Of a DNA stretch of 64,000 nt, positions 62,895-64,000 are shown in pieces. Source of the DNA: Jimgerdemannia flammicorona (Eukaryota); assembly GCA_003990765.1 (NCBI GenBank), contig RBNJ01000012.1, forward strand, positions 1 through 64,000, written 5' to 3'. A program made the translations under genes and the position numbers. The notes beneath the pieces were generated by a model. The model had not been told where the DNA came from. It ran no database searches and saw only the letters and a list, made by a program, of their open reading frames with translations. The stretch's first letter is position 1. Each line of letters begins with the position of its first letter.

Positions 62895-64000
62895 TCAGTT
62901 TCGGTGAATGGTGGTGGGGATTATTGTGCCTAAGGGTTTTCGTAGCCAAAAGGTAGTCCCTTTTATATCTTGCACAAGGTAAGGTCCTTCCCACTTGGGC
63001 TCTAGTTTTCGTGACCATGAAGCTTCAACCATATTCTGATACACCAGGACTTTGTCTCCTATCTTGATGATCTCCAAGGGTTTGTGGGTCTTTTCTGCAT
63101 TCCTCCATTGTAGTGTCTGCGCCTTCGTTATGTAATCCTCAGCCTTCTTCCTGATTTGGTGTAGTCTCCGTATTTCCATGTCCACATGTTTCCATACAGT
63201 ATCTCCATTAGATGACAAGGTTCCCTGAGAACATTCTTCTCTGAACAGTATTTCTCGAGGGGTAAAGTGGGTGCTTTGTGATCGGATATCCCGGAGAGCA
63301 GATAATGCTATTGGCAGATAGTGATCCCAGTTCTCGTAGTTATCGCAGATCTTAGCAATAACATTCTTGAGGGTCTTGTTGGTCCTTTCTACTTGTCCAT
63401 TTCCTTGAGGGTGATAGGCTGTGGTCCGAATGTGCTGGATCTTGTACTTCTTGTAGAGAACTTCAAAGAACTGGTTCACGAATTCGGTTCCTCTATCTGT
63501 AGTTACTTGTGTTGGGGTCTTGAACCAGCAGATGATTTCCTTGTGAAAGAAATCGGCGATTGACTGTGCATTAGCTTCCATAAGGGGTCCTGCTTCTATC
63601 CACTTTGTAAAAAGGTCTACGATGACAATGATGTATCGGTTGCCAGTCAAAGTCAATGGTAGGGGGCCGATTACATCCATTGCAATGTGGGCGAATGGTA
63701 CTGGTTCTATGTGTGCTGATCCTGAGGCTTGATTTCGTTGGTCTTGTTTCTGTTTCTGGTATTTGTCACAGGTCTTGACGAATTGTCTGATATCTTCCTC
63801 CATCCCTGGCCACCATATTGTTCTTCTTGCCTTGTCGTATGTATTTGTTCCTCCTAGATGGCCAAGTTCGTGTACTGATTTCATTGCTTGCTCCTTCTTG
63901 TGTTCTGGTATGACTAGTAGTTTTTCTTTCTTCAGTGTTTCTCCGTCAGTTTCGAATTGTTTCCATGTTCTGTTTATAATCATTTGTGTCCATTCTTCCA
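62895..64000 (-). CDS. pol: Gypsy integrase (C-terminal part of pol; open frame)
   Basis: HELGH..WWPGM..TCDKYQ; MDVIGPLP; TDRGTEF; GNGQVERTN; KWEGPY. Confidence 0.95.
   Translation of the reverse strand, partial: EEWTQMIINRTWKQFETDGETLKKEKLLVIPEHKKEQAMKSVHELGHLGGTNTYDKARRTIWWPGMEEDIRQFVKTCDKYQKQKQDQRNQASGSAHIEPVPFAHIAMDVIGPLPLTLTGNRYIIVIVDLFTKWIEAGPLMEANAQSIADFFHKEIICWFKTPTQVTTDRGTEFVNQFFEVLYKKYKIQHIRTTAYHPQGNGQVERTNKTLKNVIAKICDNYENWDHYLPIALSALRDIRSQSTHFTPREILFREECSQGTLSSNGDTVWKHVDMEIRRLHQIRKKAEDYITKAQTLQWRNAEKTHKPLEIIKIGDKVLVYQNMVEASWSRKLEPKWEGPYLVQDIKGTTFWLRKPLGTIIPTTIHRN

Larger units (their letters stand above)
61907..64000 (-). mobile_element. Young Ty3/Gypsy element, 3' part (3' LTR 61907-62382, PPT, accessory ORF, integrase); continues beyond the window
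   Basis: TGTAAC...ATCACA LTR; PPT caggaggaagt on the minus strand at ~62383-62393; many CpGs retained. Confidence 0.88.

Noticed and set aside
1-64000. tRNA or rRNA genes
   Set aside because: None recognised by eye; the only tRNA-related sequence is the PBS. A tRNAscan/Infernal run would be needed to exclude them

Overview
Eukaryotic, most likely fungal, repeat-dense DNA (possibly an early-diverging lineage; this is inference) with no recognisable housekeeping gene. From left to right: (1) a complete but mutated DIRS1-type tyrosine-recombinase retrotransposon (~326-5166, minus; ITRs, ICR, gag, RT/RH, adenine-MTase, YR) inserted in a minisatellite. (2) A ~12.5-kb CpG-retaining mosaic (~5750-18330) of shuffled copies of an unrecognised small MG-N-x-x-S (putatively N-myristoylated) protein gene: two intact ORFs, about eight broken copies in both orientations, a conserved upstream block, and an ~865-bp foldback hairpin. 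(3) A complete Ngaro-type YR retrotransposon with A1-B1-A2-B2 split direct repeats and a SAP-domain gag (18413-23389). (4) A ~40-kb nest of Ty3/Gypsy elements. It includes a full-length dUTPase-encoding element with 1.5-kb LTRs, a tRNA-Pro PBS and a GTAG TSD (46034-56550), two full-length L1/Tx1-like LINEs with TSDs, two hAT-type MITEs, an ORF-bearing solo LTR, and a young Gypsy running off the right edge. The most notable signals are a homologous accessory ORF shared by three different LTR families (in one case inside the LTR), the MG-N gene cluster with its hairpin, and an age-graded C-to-T/G-to-A mutation load that goes beyond CpG. All family calls come from motif recognition by eye; no searches were run.
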